IMG/VR virus record: IMGVR_UViG_3300029705_000021
DNA length: 64,000 nucleotides
DNA from: a virus
Taxonomy: Duplodnaviria > Caudoviricetes
Reading direction: 5' to 3' (one strand)
Of the stretch, positions 11,313 to 22,855 are shown piece after piece. A program made the position numbers and the translations under genes. Position 1 is the first letter of the stretch, and the number at the start of each line of letters is the position of its first letter. The notes beneath the pieces are model-generated. The model made no database searches. It was not told the DNA's origin and saw only the letters and a program-made list of their open reading frames with translations.

Positions 11313-12879
11313 TTTTTGTCCTCCTTAAATGTCAACTTTGTTGTTTCCCTTGTTGTCGTGTTACTTTGCTTGGTTTACAGTTACAAAAAAAGAGTTCCCT
11401 TATTCGAGAACTCTTTTTACTCTGCATTTCCAATATGCAGAAAATTTATATTCGTACTTACGCCTTGTCATTCTCATTTTATCACTTCCTTTCTACTTTG
11501 AAAATATAATGTCCCTTGCTCGTCTGTCTATCTCATATTCAGACTTACAATTATCAAATATGTGTCTGTCTACCTTGAAGCCTAATTGCTTCAAAAGGTC
11601 TACCTTTTTCTCTGCATAGGTTCTTCCTTTTGCACCGATCATATCTGTATCATATGTAATTCCCATTTTCCTTTCACCTACCTTTCATTGTTCTCCTCGT
11701 TCTCTGCATACATAATTCCCTTGTGGTCTAAATACTCCCAAAGGATTATATATTCTCCCTTGTCATCTGTTAAGACTTCAAAGGTTTCTTGACGGTTGTG
11801 TGTTCCGTCTAATTCCACATCTGTACAATCACAGGTTATCTCCGTTTCTGTTCTTGATACAATTTCGTAGTACATTTGACCACTCGTAAAGATGTCTGTA
11901 CTACAGAATTTATCACCGACTTGGAATTTATTCATAGGCTTTTCCCAAAAGATTTCGTCCTTATGTGCTCTCACATAGTCGGTGATTTCCGTTGATGTGC
12001 CAACTAACCAACCTTGAGAAAGCGCAAGCCAATTCTCCCCTGTCTCTGGATTTCGGAAACAGATTCCGTGTCCAAAGTTACACAACGGATGGAAATCGGC
12101 TATTATTTTATCAGCAATGAGCAGTTCCTTTGGCTTCTCATCTGTCCAGTTTTCCCACTGGCATATGTGCCAACACTTCTCTGCATCAAAAGCTTTCATT
12201 TCTATTTGCCCATAGTATGTTGGGCAATCTTCTCCCTTTGGGAAAACATAAAAGCTAATTTGCATTCCGTTACACCTCCTATAAATCTATTTCCCACCAC
12301 TCAATCGTATATGTGTTTCCGTTGTCTAACATATAACAGAATCCATATAGCGATGTGGAAATTACTGTTGCGTTGTGGCTTTTACACCACTTGCGAGCAT
12401 AATAGAGCTGTTCCTCTTCTGAATGAATTACATTCATTGTTACACCTCCTACTCTGCCACACCGACAATTTTCCAATCATCGGTAAACTTACAGATGATT
12501 TCCGTTCCTACTTCGTATCCGTCTCCGTAGAAAGAGTATAACTCTCCCTTGTAGTTGACTGTTACGAGGTCTCCGTTAATTTCTGTTACCTCACAAGTAC
12601 GTTCTGTTACGTACTCGTAATGGAGACCATTGTTACTTTCACTTGCTATTGCATATCTGCTTTCTGTTGCACTTGCAGATACAATTCCTGCTCCACATAA
12701 CACCACAATAAAAAGAAACATTACAGCAATGATAATATTACTCATAATGTTTCCCTTGTTTCCCTTGTTACGCTCTTTAATCGAAGCAGAGTACGCAGCT
12801 GCTCTTGCGTTCCTCTCTGTTAATTCATTCTTTTTCTGCACCATTCGGGCAAAGGTTAAATCTAACTTCTTTTCCATAG

Positions 12880-13386
12880 TTAGTCCTCCTTTCCTAACAT
12901 TTCTTCTATCACACTTTTTGCCTGTGCCATTGCTTCAGCACTATAACCAACACATCCTCCGTTGCACCCGTCATAAGTACCATCGGCATAGCAGCACTCT
13001 GCATATTTGTAGACTGCTTTCTTAAGGGCTTCTTTGTCAATGCCTGCGTCTACTCTGCCAAGGCTCTTGCACCCAATGATGCGTCCGTTCTCGTCACGAA
13101 CAGACTCATTTGGAATAAACACATCATCTCTTCCCTTGCAACGCTGTGCTACAAGACTAGAAACAATATATACAACTCCCTCTTGTGGCTCTGGTAAGTT
13201 CTCTACTTCACCAAACTTAGTTTCTGTTACAGGAATACCTACACAGATACCTGTCACTATAGTTTCCGTTGTTACTCTCGCAATTGTGCCTGATGGCTCA
13301 ACTGTAAGAGCTATATCTCCATTGCTATCTACAAATGTGATAGCGTGTGGTGTTAAATTAACCACCATTTCTGTTGTCTTCTTCAT
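12880..13386 (-). CDS. Conserved phage protein (NLTPH family)
   Basis: VNLTPHAI...PSGTIARV...NLPEPQEGVVYIVSSLVA...VRDENGRIIGC; SD before ATG at 13386. Confidence 0.7.
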   Translation of the reverse strand: MKKTTEMVVNLTPHAITFVDSNGDIALTVEPSGTIARVTTETIVTGICVGIPVTETKFGEVENLPEPQEGVVYIVSSLVAQRCKGRDDVFIPNESVRDENGRIIGCKSLGRVDAGIDKEALKKAVYKYAECCYADGTYDGCNGGCVGYSAEAMAQAKSVIEEMLGKED

Positions 13387-13510
13387 AATATCCTTCCTTT
13401 CCGTCTGCCTTTGGTTTGGGAGAATTGCGCAGACTTCCCTTGATTTCCGTTGCATACTTATGCAACCATTTCAACCTACTTTTTGGAAATAGGCTCAAAT
13501 CGTTGCAAAA

Positions 13511-14029
13511 AAGCATTGTTATTTTTTAATTTCGCTTATATTTTGGGTGTGTAAATCAGTTAAAGCCTCTTGACCGTAGCCAGTTGTAAAGCCCCATATA
13601 CTCTTGTCAGGCACAATTACATTCTTTTACGCATCAGATATCGGTTGCCCTCTATCCCACCCAAAAATAAGCATTATTAATTTTTGTTTTCGCTTATAAA
13701 AAAGAGTAGACAAAAAGCCTACTCTTCTTCATTCGCTTTATACTCTGCATACTCTTCGTATGCTTCGAGTATGTCCTTGATCCAAGCTTCTCCCATCTCT
13801 ATCACTCCTTCCTATAGTGAAATAAGGATTGTTAATTTTCAATTTGCTTTGTAATAAGGCAGAAAAAAAGGATTGTTAATTTTCATTTCCGTTTAGTCTG
13901 CACAATACGCACACATAATACAGAATTAACAATCCAAGTTTCTTTATATTTTTTACACAAAAAAGGATTGTTAAATTTTAGTTCGGTTAATGTTTTGATA
14001 TAAAATTATCCGTAAAATCTAACAACCCT
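13511..14029. repeat. Cluster of five direct ~26-bp repeats (AAGSATTRTTAW-T-rich-TTYSGYT) plus two inverted partial copies
   Basis: Copies at 13511, 13669, 13824, 13868 and 13963; inverted partials at 13924 and 14014. Confidence 0.75.
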
Positions 14030-14037
14030 AATTCATA

Positions 14038-14802
14038 CTATTTCTCATTCCACGACTCAAGTACAAGACTTGCAACATTCATATACTTGAATGAGCCATC
14101 GAGAATGCAGCCGAGGAACGCACCCCAATTGTGTTCTAACCAGGTGATTAAGTAGAACTTATTGTCCATCTTAATACTTCTAGTTTGTGCAGACGAGATA
14201 TGATTCTCGAAAGCTTTCCACAACTTGAAAGTGATTTCATTTGCCCTATTATCGTGTAACAGGTAGTGTGAGAACTTCTTCTCAAAGTCCTCATATATTT
14301 CAATTTTGAGGTCGTAGCTTTCCTCATAGCTGAGTTTGTAGTCGTTCTCAGAATCATCACAAAACTCAAACTCTTCCTCGCAGAGAGTAACACCACCAAC
14401 AAACATCCAGCCACCTTCTGGATCTGATCTGAAGTTTATCTCTGATGTTGGAATGCACCAAAAGATTTCTTTGTACTGTCCGACACTCCAGGGAAAAGCG
14501 TTTTCTTCCTCATAAAGTACATAATAACTTTTTGTGTCATCCATCAGCATATTATTAAGCTCATTGAACTTCTTTATAAACTTGTCACGAGTCAATGGTG
14601 TTCCTACTACTCTCTGTCCATCTATCTTAAATATCTTAAAATAGATACATTGTGGGTCATACCCATAATCTTCAGGAATTGCAATTCCTCTAAATATGTT
14701 CTTACGACACTCCTCGTCAAGAGTGTCAATGAATATTGTTTCGTTAGCATTGTATGTGATGGCACAACCAACTCTGCCATCAGTTAATTTTTCAATTTTC
14801 AT
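14038..14802 (-). CDS. Hypothetical protein
   Basis: 254-aa ORF with SD GAGGT. Confidence 0.7.
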   Translation of the reverse strand: MKIEKLTDGRVGCAITYNANETIFIDTLDEECRKNIFRGIAIPEDYGYDPQCIYFKIFKIDGQRVVGTPLTRDKFIKKFNELNNMLMDDTKSYYVLYEEENAFPWSVGQYKEIFWCIPTSEINFRSDPEGGWMFVGGVTLCEEEFEFCDDSENDYKLSYEESYDLKIEIYEDFEKKFSHYLLHDNRANEITFKLWKAFENHISSAQTRSIKMDNKFYLITWLEHNWGAFLGCILDGSFKYMNVASLVLESWNEK

Positions 14803-15702
14803 AATTTTCTACCTCATTTCTTCAACTAAAAAAGGACAGACTTTGAGCGTTCTGCCCTTGTATGTTTCTGCTTTTGTATACTATGCAAGACCTTTAATGT
14901 CTACATAATATCCACGACTTGTATCTATATCCTTGTGAGTGTTTAAGAATTTCTTAAAATACTCCATATTGATTCTTTCTTGATGTTCTGTAGTGTCTTT
15001 GATAACTGTACCATCAAGTTTAACTATTTTTTCAGAAACAATTGCGTCATATGTGCTATCTACCCACTTTAAATGATAGACAACTATGTGTTTAATGTTA
15101 GTACTAAAATTGATAGCACTATATTTTATAGTTTTTGTTAAGTTGAACATAGTCAACACACTCCTTCCCGACCTTTAAAGTCAAACAAAATTGTGCAATT
15201 AAAAATAGACACACTTCGAGCGTGTCTGTGTGTGCGCCTACAATGTTGTAGACTAGACACCCACCAAGCTTTGACACTTGATGGGCGTAAGAATATGATT
15301 ATTCATCATCTTCTTCTGTGTGTTTCAAATAGTTCTTTAATACTCTAGTTTTTGCAAGAACACCTCTATCATTAAAATGACAAATTTCTGTCTGTGCAAT
15401 TTCTTTAAAGTCAGTTTTTCTAAACTCTGATGTGAATTTATCCATAGCCGACTTTGAGTTAAAGACTATTTGGCTGTCAGTAAACACTTCTTGACTTTCA
15501 AATGGTACATAATGACGCATTTGTACTCTGTAAAATGTTACTTCATTGTTATTAGTTGTTGCCATAAGCATACCTCTTTCTAGTGGGAAAGAGATTATAG
15601 TTTTTATGTTCCCACCATAAACCGTCACTCCTCTCTTAATTTTGGGCATAAAAAAAGCACCATATTCACAATGGAATATGATGCTCTTTAGCATAACCAA
15701 AA

Positions 15703-16263
15703 TTATTTATATTTATCAAGATGTTTCTTCCTAAAAGTATCTATTTGTTGTTGCTTGTCTTTAATCTTCTGTACTTTTTTCTTGTCTACATACATAGCAG
15801 GCTTATATATTGCGTCTGTTTCTGTGGTAAAAGTATTTTCCCATTCTAATACTTTTCGGTGTCTATATGGTACATTATATGTATAACCATTATATCCTTG
15901 TGGTTGCTTGCGTTCAGGCTTTTTACCCATTCTGTATAAATTTGGCTCGACTTTTGCATTAAAGAGATTATGATAATCTATAAACGCAAATATCATATTG
16001 TACCATTCTGTGTGCTTTGACACAAGTGTTTTATGAAACTGTGTGTCTTTGCGTGCGTCTAAAATCCAAATGACAAACTGTGTCAATTCATACTGTGGGT
16101 CGAATTGCCACAAATTATCTATATAAATATAAATGTTGCGTGTTGGTCTGCCATATACACAACCTTTTGGCAAAGGATTATCAAAATAACCTGTGCCATA
16201 TTGTTTACATATCTTTAATTTAGATAATGCCTTATCAATATAATTATCTGTAATAGTATTCAT
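15703..16263 (-). CDS. Hypothetical protein
   Basis: 186-aa ORF with SD GGAGG. Confidence 0.7.
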   Translation of the reverse strand: MNTITDNYIDKALSKLKICKQYGTGYFDNPLPKGCVYGRPTRNIYIYIDNLWQFDPQYELTQFVIWILDARKDTQFHKTLVSKHTEWYNMIFAFIDYHNLFNAKVEPNLYRMGKKPERKQPQGYNGYTYNVPYRHRKVLEWENTFTTETDAIYKPAMYVDKKKVQKIKDKQQQIDTFRKKHLDKYK

Positions 16264-16345
16264 AATATAATACCCTCCGATTTTTTAAAATTTAAACCAT
16301 TAAAAAAAGAGTATCCCCAAGGGGATACCCTTTTTTAGTTGGTTT

Positions 16346-17242
16346 TTAGTCTGCTTTTTTCTCTGCTTTTCTTTTCTTGGCTTTTTCCTCTGCTTGCTTG
16401 ATAGCCTTTTCCTCTGCCTGCTTGATGAGTTCCTCGCTTTTCCTCTTGCGTTCTTCCTCTGCCTTTTTCTCTCTCTCTGCGTCTTCCTCGTAGGCTTTGC
16501 GTGATTTCTTCTGTAAATCTTCAATAACGGCAAGTACAATTTCTAAACGAACATTTTTCCCGTCTGTGTCGAAACTCTGCACAACCTTTGATTTTGCAAC
16601 CTTACGACCTTTATAATATACTTTCTTACAGTCCTCGACAAGATGTGTATTTGCGTGAAAATGATATTCTCTATAAATATCATCCTCAGCAACTGTGAAA
16701 GACTGTAAAACCTTATCTAATAAAGGTTTAAGAACTTGTGTTGGCTTATCGTCTGCAAGATTAGTAAGAAATGCTGTAAAGCCTGAAAAACTTGAAAATA
16801 CTGACGTATCTTTTGAAAAGTATACACTCATAAATTTTATTAATTTATCTGCTTGACAAAATGCTATTTCTTGAGGTGTATAACACATTTTGAGCACATC
16901 CTCAAAAATTGTTACAGTTTCCTCAATATTGTACTTTTCTGTGTACTGTTCGTTGGTCAAACTGTCTTCAAGTTCCTTTTCCTCTAACTTGTTTAATTTA
17001 GAGTTCATAACTTTAATAGTACCGATGAAATATGCACACTCTAGCAACCTCGCATATTCTATACAATCTTTAAGAAAATGAAAGTTACAGTCTAAAGATT
17101 TCAAAGTAAATGAGCCTTTTGAGAAATTGGCAACGGGAATAATTGCTTTGCGACTGTCGATGTTCCTTGTGTCTTCCATAACCTCTGCAACTGTTTTTGT
17201 AACCTCGAGTTCCCCATTTTTGAATAATATTGCGTTTAACAT
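16346..17242 (-). CDS. Hypothetical protein, first gene of the leftward block, K/E-rich C-terminus
   Basis: 298-aa ORF, SD AGGAGG, followed by a terminator-like hairpin near 16310-16335. Confidence 0.75.
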   Translation of the reverse strand: MLNAILFKNGELEVTKTVAEVMEDTRNIDSRKAIIPVANFSKGSFTLKSLDCNFHFLKDCIEYARLLECAYFIGTIKVMNSKLNKLEEKELEDSLTNEQYTEKYNIEETVTIFEDVLKMCYTPQEIAFCQADKLIKFMSVYFSKDTSVFSSFSGFTAFLTNLADDKPTQVLKPLLDKVLQSFTVAEDDIYREYHFHANTHLVEDCKKVYYKGRKVAKSKVVQSFDTDGKNVRLEIVLAVIEDLQKKSRKAYEEDAEREKKAEEERKRKSEELIKQAEEKAIKQAEEKAKKRKAEKKAD

Positions 17243-17544
17243 AATTAACGCCCTCCTTTAAATAAAATATTTTGAAGGGGGATTTCTTCCCCCTATTCAA
17301 TACCCTGTGCAAGTTATACAAGATATTCAACAGGGAAAAGAAAAGCAATTCAAAAAAAGTTTGTTGAACTAATCCAACTGTCATTTATAACACCATTCAC
17401 AAATAAAACTATTGTTCAAGGCTTGCGCCCTAGTGCTATGCACCTATTTGCTAATAACAAGAACCTCGCCGACTGTGGCTTTGCACCTTGTCTTGTGTGG
17501 GTATTTGGTTTATGTGCGATATAGCAAAAATTTGCTACAAGTCC

Positions 17545-17573
17545 ATTATACATTAATTAAAAATAAAAAGTAA
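17545..17573 (-). promoter_or_regulatory. Leftward sigmaA-type promoter
   Basis: TTACTT-17bp-TATAAT on the minus strand. Confidence 0.5.
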
Positions 17574-18134
17574 TTTAAAAAAAAAGAATTTTAAATATTT
17601 TTGAAAACGCTTAAAAGTATTGATTTTACTAGCATTTCAAGGCTTTTCAACCGGCGCAAAGTTGCATAATATAGTTATATTATTGCACTATACGGGGGTA
17701 GAAAAAACTGATTTTTTTAATTTTTTTACGCAAAGTTCGGTCAGCTAGTTCATCCACACACCAACTGCAAAATCAACGATCCGATCCAATTTTTCCGCAC
17801 TCGAATCGAATATCGAAAAACTCCCTATAAACAGTTGAAAAACGTATTTTAAATCATTAAAAATCAGCACATATTCTCGATGCCATTGTTTGCCTATTCT
17901 CATCGAAAACCCAATAAAAATAAAGGAAAATAGCGAATTCTATACAATCACATAGTTTTTCCACAAAGCAATCCACAATTCCACATGACAGGGGGCGTAG
18001 TTTCAACTTATTTAAATAAAGGTGTATATGTGGGGGAGGGGGTGTTTTAAACCTGATATAGATATACTCTTCTATTCAATGATGGGGTATAAAATAGAAA
18101 AAGATAAAAAGGTAAGAAATATTTAAAAAAGTAG

Positions 18135-18163
18135 TTGACAATAAATGTAAAATGTGGTAAGAT
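18135..18163 (+). promoter_or_regulatory. Rightward sigmaA-type promoter
   Basis: TTGACA-17bp-TAAGAT with a TGn extended -10. Confidence 0.7.
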
Positions 18164-18340
18164 TGGCACAAGAGTAGGAAGAAATGTATCTATTCTTAAT
18201 TTTAACAAGAAAACTAATTAAAAATACAGATAAATAATTTTTGGACATCCCTTGTTCCAATGATAGTAATTTATAAATCATTTGTCTTGCACATGTCCAA
18301 AAATTTAAAATTCAAAAATATATTATAAAGAAAGGAAATT

Positions 18341-19468
18341 TTGATGCAAGAAATAACAAATAAAGATAATCATAGTTCGCCTGGGATAAGTACTACTGCT
18401 ATAGACACTATGAGTACTCAGAATCTAATAATAGGTGATTATGTTACATATAAAAAGCTATGTGAGCTATTAAATGAGCCATATAAAAATGGGAATGCGA
18501 AGAAGGCACAATTAAAAGAATGGCTGCGTTATTTTGATTATGAGAAGATAGATAGTAAGTTTTTAATACTAGATGTATATAATGAACCATTAGAAAAGGA
18601 ATATCAATATCCTGCAAATGCTATTTATATAAAGTATATAGAAGTATTACTACTAAGCTTATTAGCATCTACTGAAGGGAATATGATTACTATTGCTCCC
18701 CAGTCGTTATATAAAACATTTGGGATGATCAATGATAATTTCACAAGAATACAAAGATTAGAGCCAGATGAGCGTCTTAAGGAATTGCAAAAGGTACATA
18801 GTTATATGACAGATTTTGAAATTAATGATTTTTTTGAAAGATGTAAGTCAAAATTTTCAAAAGTTATTAAAGGAGCATTTAGCAGCTTACAGAAAAGAAT
18901 GTTAATAAAGTTTTCGGAAGAATATGAGTATTATGTATTAGAAAAAGAAAACTTATTTGATATGAGACCTAATCCCAAGATGACAGTCAGAAAATATATA
19001 GCAGATGCAGATGACATTGAATATATATTAAAAGTAAAAAGAGAAACATTACTTAAATATGGTTGCGAAGAAGAAAGCCAGATTTATTTAAAGAAGAAAA
19101 CTCTTCCTTATTATAATGAAATAAATAGACGAGTTAAAGAAGAAAAGAACTGGGTAGGGTTATATAAGGTATATGTAATAAATTATTGTAGAGATACATC
19201 TATAGAAGCATTAGAGAAAGATCAGCTTACATTGCAGAAATATGGATTAAATGAAGCACTAATTAAATATATAGATGAGCAAGCAGTAAAGAATTATAGT
19301 AAAACAAAGGATATATCAAAAGACAGTGAAGAATTTCGTTATCCTGAGAGCTATGTAAATATGCAGCATTTACTTTCAGATCAATTACTTCGTATAGAAC
19401 AAAAGAAAGAAAAGGATAAAGGTAAAGAAGAAATTAAAGAAACTGATGAATGGTTAGATAATATATAA
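18341..19468 (+). CDS. Conserved hypothetical phage protein, possibly DNA-binding
   Basis: 375-aa ORF; N-terminal YKKLCELLNEP..GNAKKAQLKEW.RYF; preceded by inverted repeat TTTTGGACAT/ATGTCCAAAA. Confidence 0.7.
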   Translation: MMQEITNKDNHSSPGISTTAIDTMSTQNLIIGDYVTYKKLCELLNEPYKNGNAKKAQLKEWLRYFDYEKIDSKFLILDVYNEPLEKEYQYPANAIYIKYIEVLLLSLLASTEGNMITIAPQSLYKTFGMINDNFTRIQRLEPDERLKELQKVHSYMTDFEINDFFERCKSKFSKVIKGAFSSLQKRMLIKFSEEYEYYVLEKENLFDMRPNPKMTVRKYIADADDIEYILKVKRETLLKYGCEEESQIYLKKKTLPYYNEINRRVKEEKNWVGLYKVYVINYCRDTSIEALEKDQLTLQKYGLNEALIKYIDEQAVKNYSKTKDISKDSEEFRYPESYVNMQHLLSDQLLRIEQKKEKDKGKEEIKETDEWLDNI

Positions 19469-21651
19469 AGGAAAGAAAAAATGGGAATAGCAACAATTGA
19501 TAAACTAAACAGAATAAACAAAGAATAAAGGAGAGAAACAATGTTTGATTTTATAGATATGGATTATTTGTATAAAGATGAAGATGTATTAGTAACTCAT
19601 AATAAATATGAAATAGAAGGTAGATGTGGAGCTTTCTGTAAATGTGGAGCGACATTGCACATTAAACCACCATTCTTTGCACAGTGGTGTAGTATAGAGT
19701 GTCCAGAATGTAAAAATATAACTCAATTATATTGTGGACAACTAAATAGATATATAGATGAAGATTTACCAATTGATTAAGGAAAGGAGAGAACAATGTT
19801 AATCAGAACCCAAGACAAAAGAAGTTTAGTAGATATAGCAGGAATGATAGTAGATATAGCATATGATGGAGTAAACTCTAAGTCTGAGCTTAGAGTGATT
19901 TCTAATCAAGCAGGATATAGACACCATAAACCATTAGGCACATATTCTACAGAAGAGAAAGCAATGAAAGTATTAGATATGATTCAAGAAACATATCTCA
20001 GTCCTATTGCAAAAAATATAGTTGGATTAAGCGAAGAGGCAATTTATCAGAATAAAGTCTTTGTTATGCCCTTAGACGAGGAGGTAGACGTATGACATAT
20101 ACAGTACAATTAGATTTTTGGATAGATGAAGATGTAGTAAGAACAGATAAAGAAGTTGAGGATGTGCTGAAAGAAATTTTTGATTGTTGCAGTTGTGGAG
20201 CATCAAACATAAAAGTAATTGATGTGAATGATTAATTAAAACGAGGAGGTAAGCGTATGAGTAAAACAAAATCAATGTTAATAATAGACACACCAGAAAG
20301 TTGTGCGAAATGTAAATTAAGATATGATTCTTATGGAGAATGTGATATTTGTGCTGGAAAAGATTTAATTGTAGATGACTTTATAGAAACAAATACTAAA
20401 CCAGACTGGTGTCCACTCTCTTCTCTTCCAGAGAGAATAAACCTAAAGCAATATGTAGAGAACGGAGTACAAGATATTGGCAACATGTTAGCGTATCAAT
20501 ATGCGCAAGGCTGGAATGATTGTTTGGAAGATATACAGAAAGGAAGAAACTAATGAATAATATATTATGTAATATTAAAGAAGTAACAGATATTAAAGAA
20601 TTAAGTAAAATTATTGCTGCTTGTCAAGAGAGACAAAAAGAATTAATTGAAAATACTTGGAAAGAAACATATAAAGATCGTTGTAAAGAATATTTTGTGA
20701 CATTAGAAGATATTTTTTGGGAGTTTCGTATGGTTAATCTTTATAATATAGATTCAAACAACAAAGAACTTTGTGATAAGTTAGAAGAAGAATATTATAG
20801 ATTTCCTTACGGATTATCAAAATTACTTTTTTATGCAAAGGATCTAGAATTGGAAGTACCATTTATTGTTGGTAGAATGGCATGTGCTTTATGTGTTTGT
20901 AAAGGTTGTCCATACCAGAAGGAATGTAATGGATATACATGTAAAGAATGTAAACCACACTATACAGGATATCAATGGGAATGCGAAGAATAGAGAGAGG
21001 ATAAAAAAAAGGAGAAGCTAATGCGTGACTATGTATACACAGAAAAAGTAAAGTTGGAACTGTACATAATTAATAATGAACAATATACAGATTATGATAT
21101 TGGAGATTGTTTGTATAATAGTGCTCCTCAGAGTGAAGTTGAAGATGATGCATATGAAGTTTGTAGAGAAATAGCTGAAGATCTGTATAAGACTGTAACT
21201 GGAGAATATAAATGTATAATTGAAATTGAATTAGAATATACAAGCTCCTATTATTATTTTGAAGGATGGGAACTTGATATGGACTATAGTTATCAGCTTA
21301 TTAGTAAAGAGAAAACAGATTATTGGAAGGAGAATTAAAATGACTACAGAAGAGATTTTAAGAAAACGAGGAGAAAGATATTATTGGGAAACACAAGATG
21401 GACAGTTTATTCCAGTAGACGAGTTAACAGATTTGTATATAGTAAATATAGTAATCAAGTTTGGAAAAGATAAACTAATTGCTTTAGGACACAATCTAAT
21501 TATTGATAAGTTTAATGAATTAAGAAAAACAAGTGGTTTTTATATTTAAGCAAACCTCGGTAAAACTTTCAAAATTACTTATGATTACTTAAACGAACTT
21601 CGGCATAACAATAGAACTGCCGAAAGTAATTAAAAATAGAAAGGAATAAAT

Positions 21652-22131
21652 ATGGGAACACCAAGAAAAATTATATTTAAAGCAAAGAAAAGTGATGAGG
21701 AGTGGGTCGAAGGTAATTATCATTATAGAGAATGGATAAATGGAACTAGAAAAAATATACATTATATTACTGGCATAATAAATGAGTTTCATTATTATCA
21801 ATATGAAATAGATCCTACTACTCTCTCACAGTTTACAGGCTGGGTAGATAATCATGGTAATAGAATATTTGAGAACGACATTGTAGAAATTGTATCTTCT
21901 CCAAAACGTTCATATAAGTATTTGATTTGGTGGAATAGAGAAATGAATATGATAACTGCTGTTTCACTTGATGATATATATTTTAATGGAACTGATTATT
22001 GGGACGGTAATCCTAATTTTAACTACTCTACATTTTGTTTAATGCTGCAAGAACCTTGGGGAGATTTTTCAGATGTAAAGATAATTGGTAATTTGTTTGA
22101 TAATTATGAAATTGTAAAGGAGAAATTATGA
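21652..22131 (+). CDS. yopX: YopX-family protein
   Basis: IFKAK...WVEG...TLSQFTG..D.HGNRIFENDIV...IIGNLFDN. Confidence 0.8.
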   Translation: MGTPRKIIFKAKKSDEEWVEGNYHYREWINGTRKNIHYITGIINEFHYYQYEIDPTTLSQFTGWVDNHGNRIFENDIVEIVSSPKRSYKYLIWWNREMNMITAVSLDDIYFNGTDYWDGNPNFNYSTFCLMLQEPWGDFSDVKIIGNLFDNYEIVKEKL

Positions 22132-22855
22132 AAGTATATTTAATAACACGAAAAGCAGACTGGTGTGAAGATTATGCTTTAGTTGTAGTAGCTGAGGATA
22201 AGCTTCATGCAGAAAGACGAGCCAGATTAAGCTCTGATGATTTTAGAAAAGAAAAAGATATAAAGATTAAAGAGATCAAGTTAGATGAAGAAAAAGTTGT
22301 TTTAAAGAGCAATGTAGGTGCTTAGGAAGGAGATATATGAGTAAAATAACATATTTTAAAGATGAACCATCTGAATGTAGAGCTTATCAACTACATAGCG
22401 GAGACGTACTTTATTGCAATATAGAGGTTATGAATTGTTTAGGATATCCCTATGAATTAGCATTAGGACAAAATGTTTACATTTATCCAGAACACAATAG
22501 TATCATAGCTAAAAGTATTACCGCAAAAGTAACAAAAGTACATAAACATAAGAAATATCCTAATAAGAAATGGTGGCAGTTCTGGCTTAAGCAGGAAGAA
22601 TATGTAGAAGGATATAATTTAATGATTTTATAGAAAGGAATAAGAAAATGATAACAGTATCAGAATTAAAAGAAGCATGTGAAAAAATTGAAAGAGAATG
22701 GGGATCAGATAGTAAAGTTTGTATTCAGATTAGAAATGAAGACGGTTCTTTAATAAATGGAGACTATTGTCTTAGTTTGTTTAGAGATGCAGACGGAACT
22801 TTGTTTTTAAGTAATCATAAATTTAAACATGGAAATTGTGAATAAGGAGAAAAAT

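Larger units (their letters stand above)
62..17242 (-). other. Leftward block of ~40 small phage early/accessory genes, mostly hypothetical
   Basis: Tightly packed minus-strand ORFs, nearly all preceded by GGAG/AGGAG SD sequences on the minus strand; plus-strand ORFs here are shadow ORFs. Confidence 0.85.

Noticed and set aside
13511-14029. CRISPR array
   Set aside because: Repeats are degenerate, irregularly spaced and partly inverted, and no cas genes are present
17460-17520. c-di-GMP-I riboswitch on the minus strand (AAACC...GCAAAGCCACAG)
   Set aside because: Lacks a GNRA-capped P2 and a convincing P1/P3
17659-17687. dif/Xer site
   Set aside because: Only one arm resembles the consensus and the spacing to a second TTAT arm is wrong
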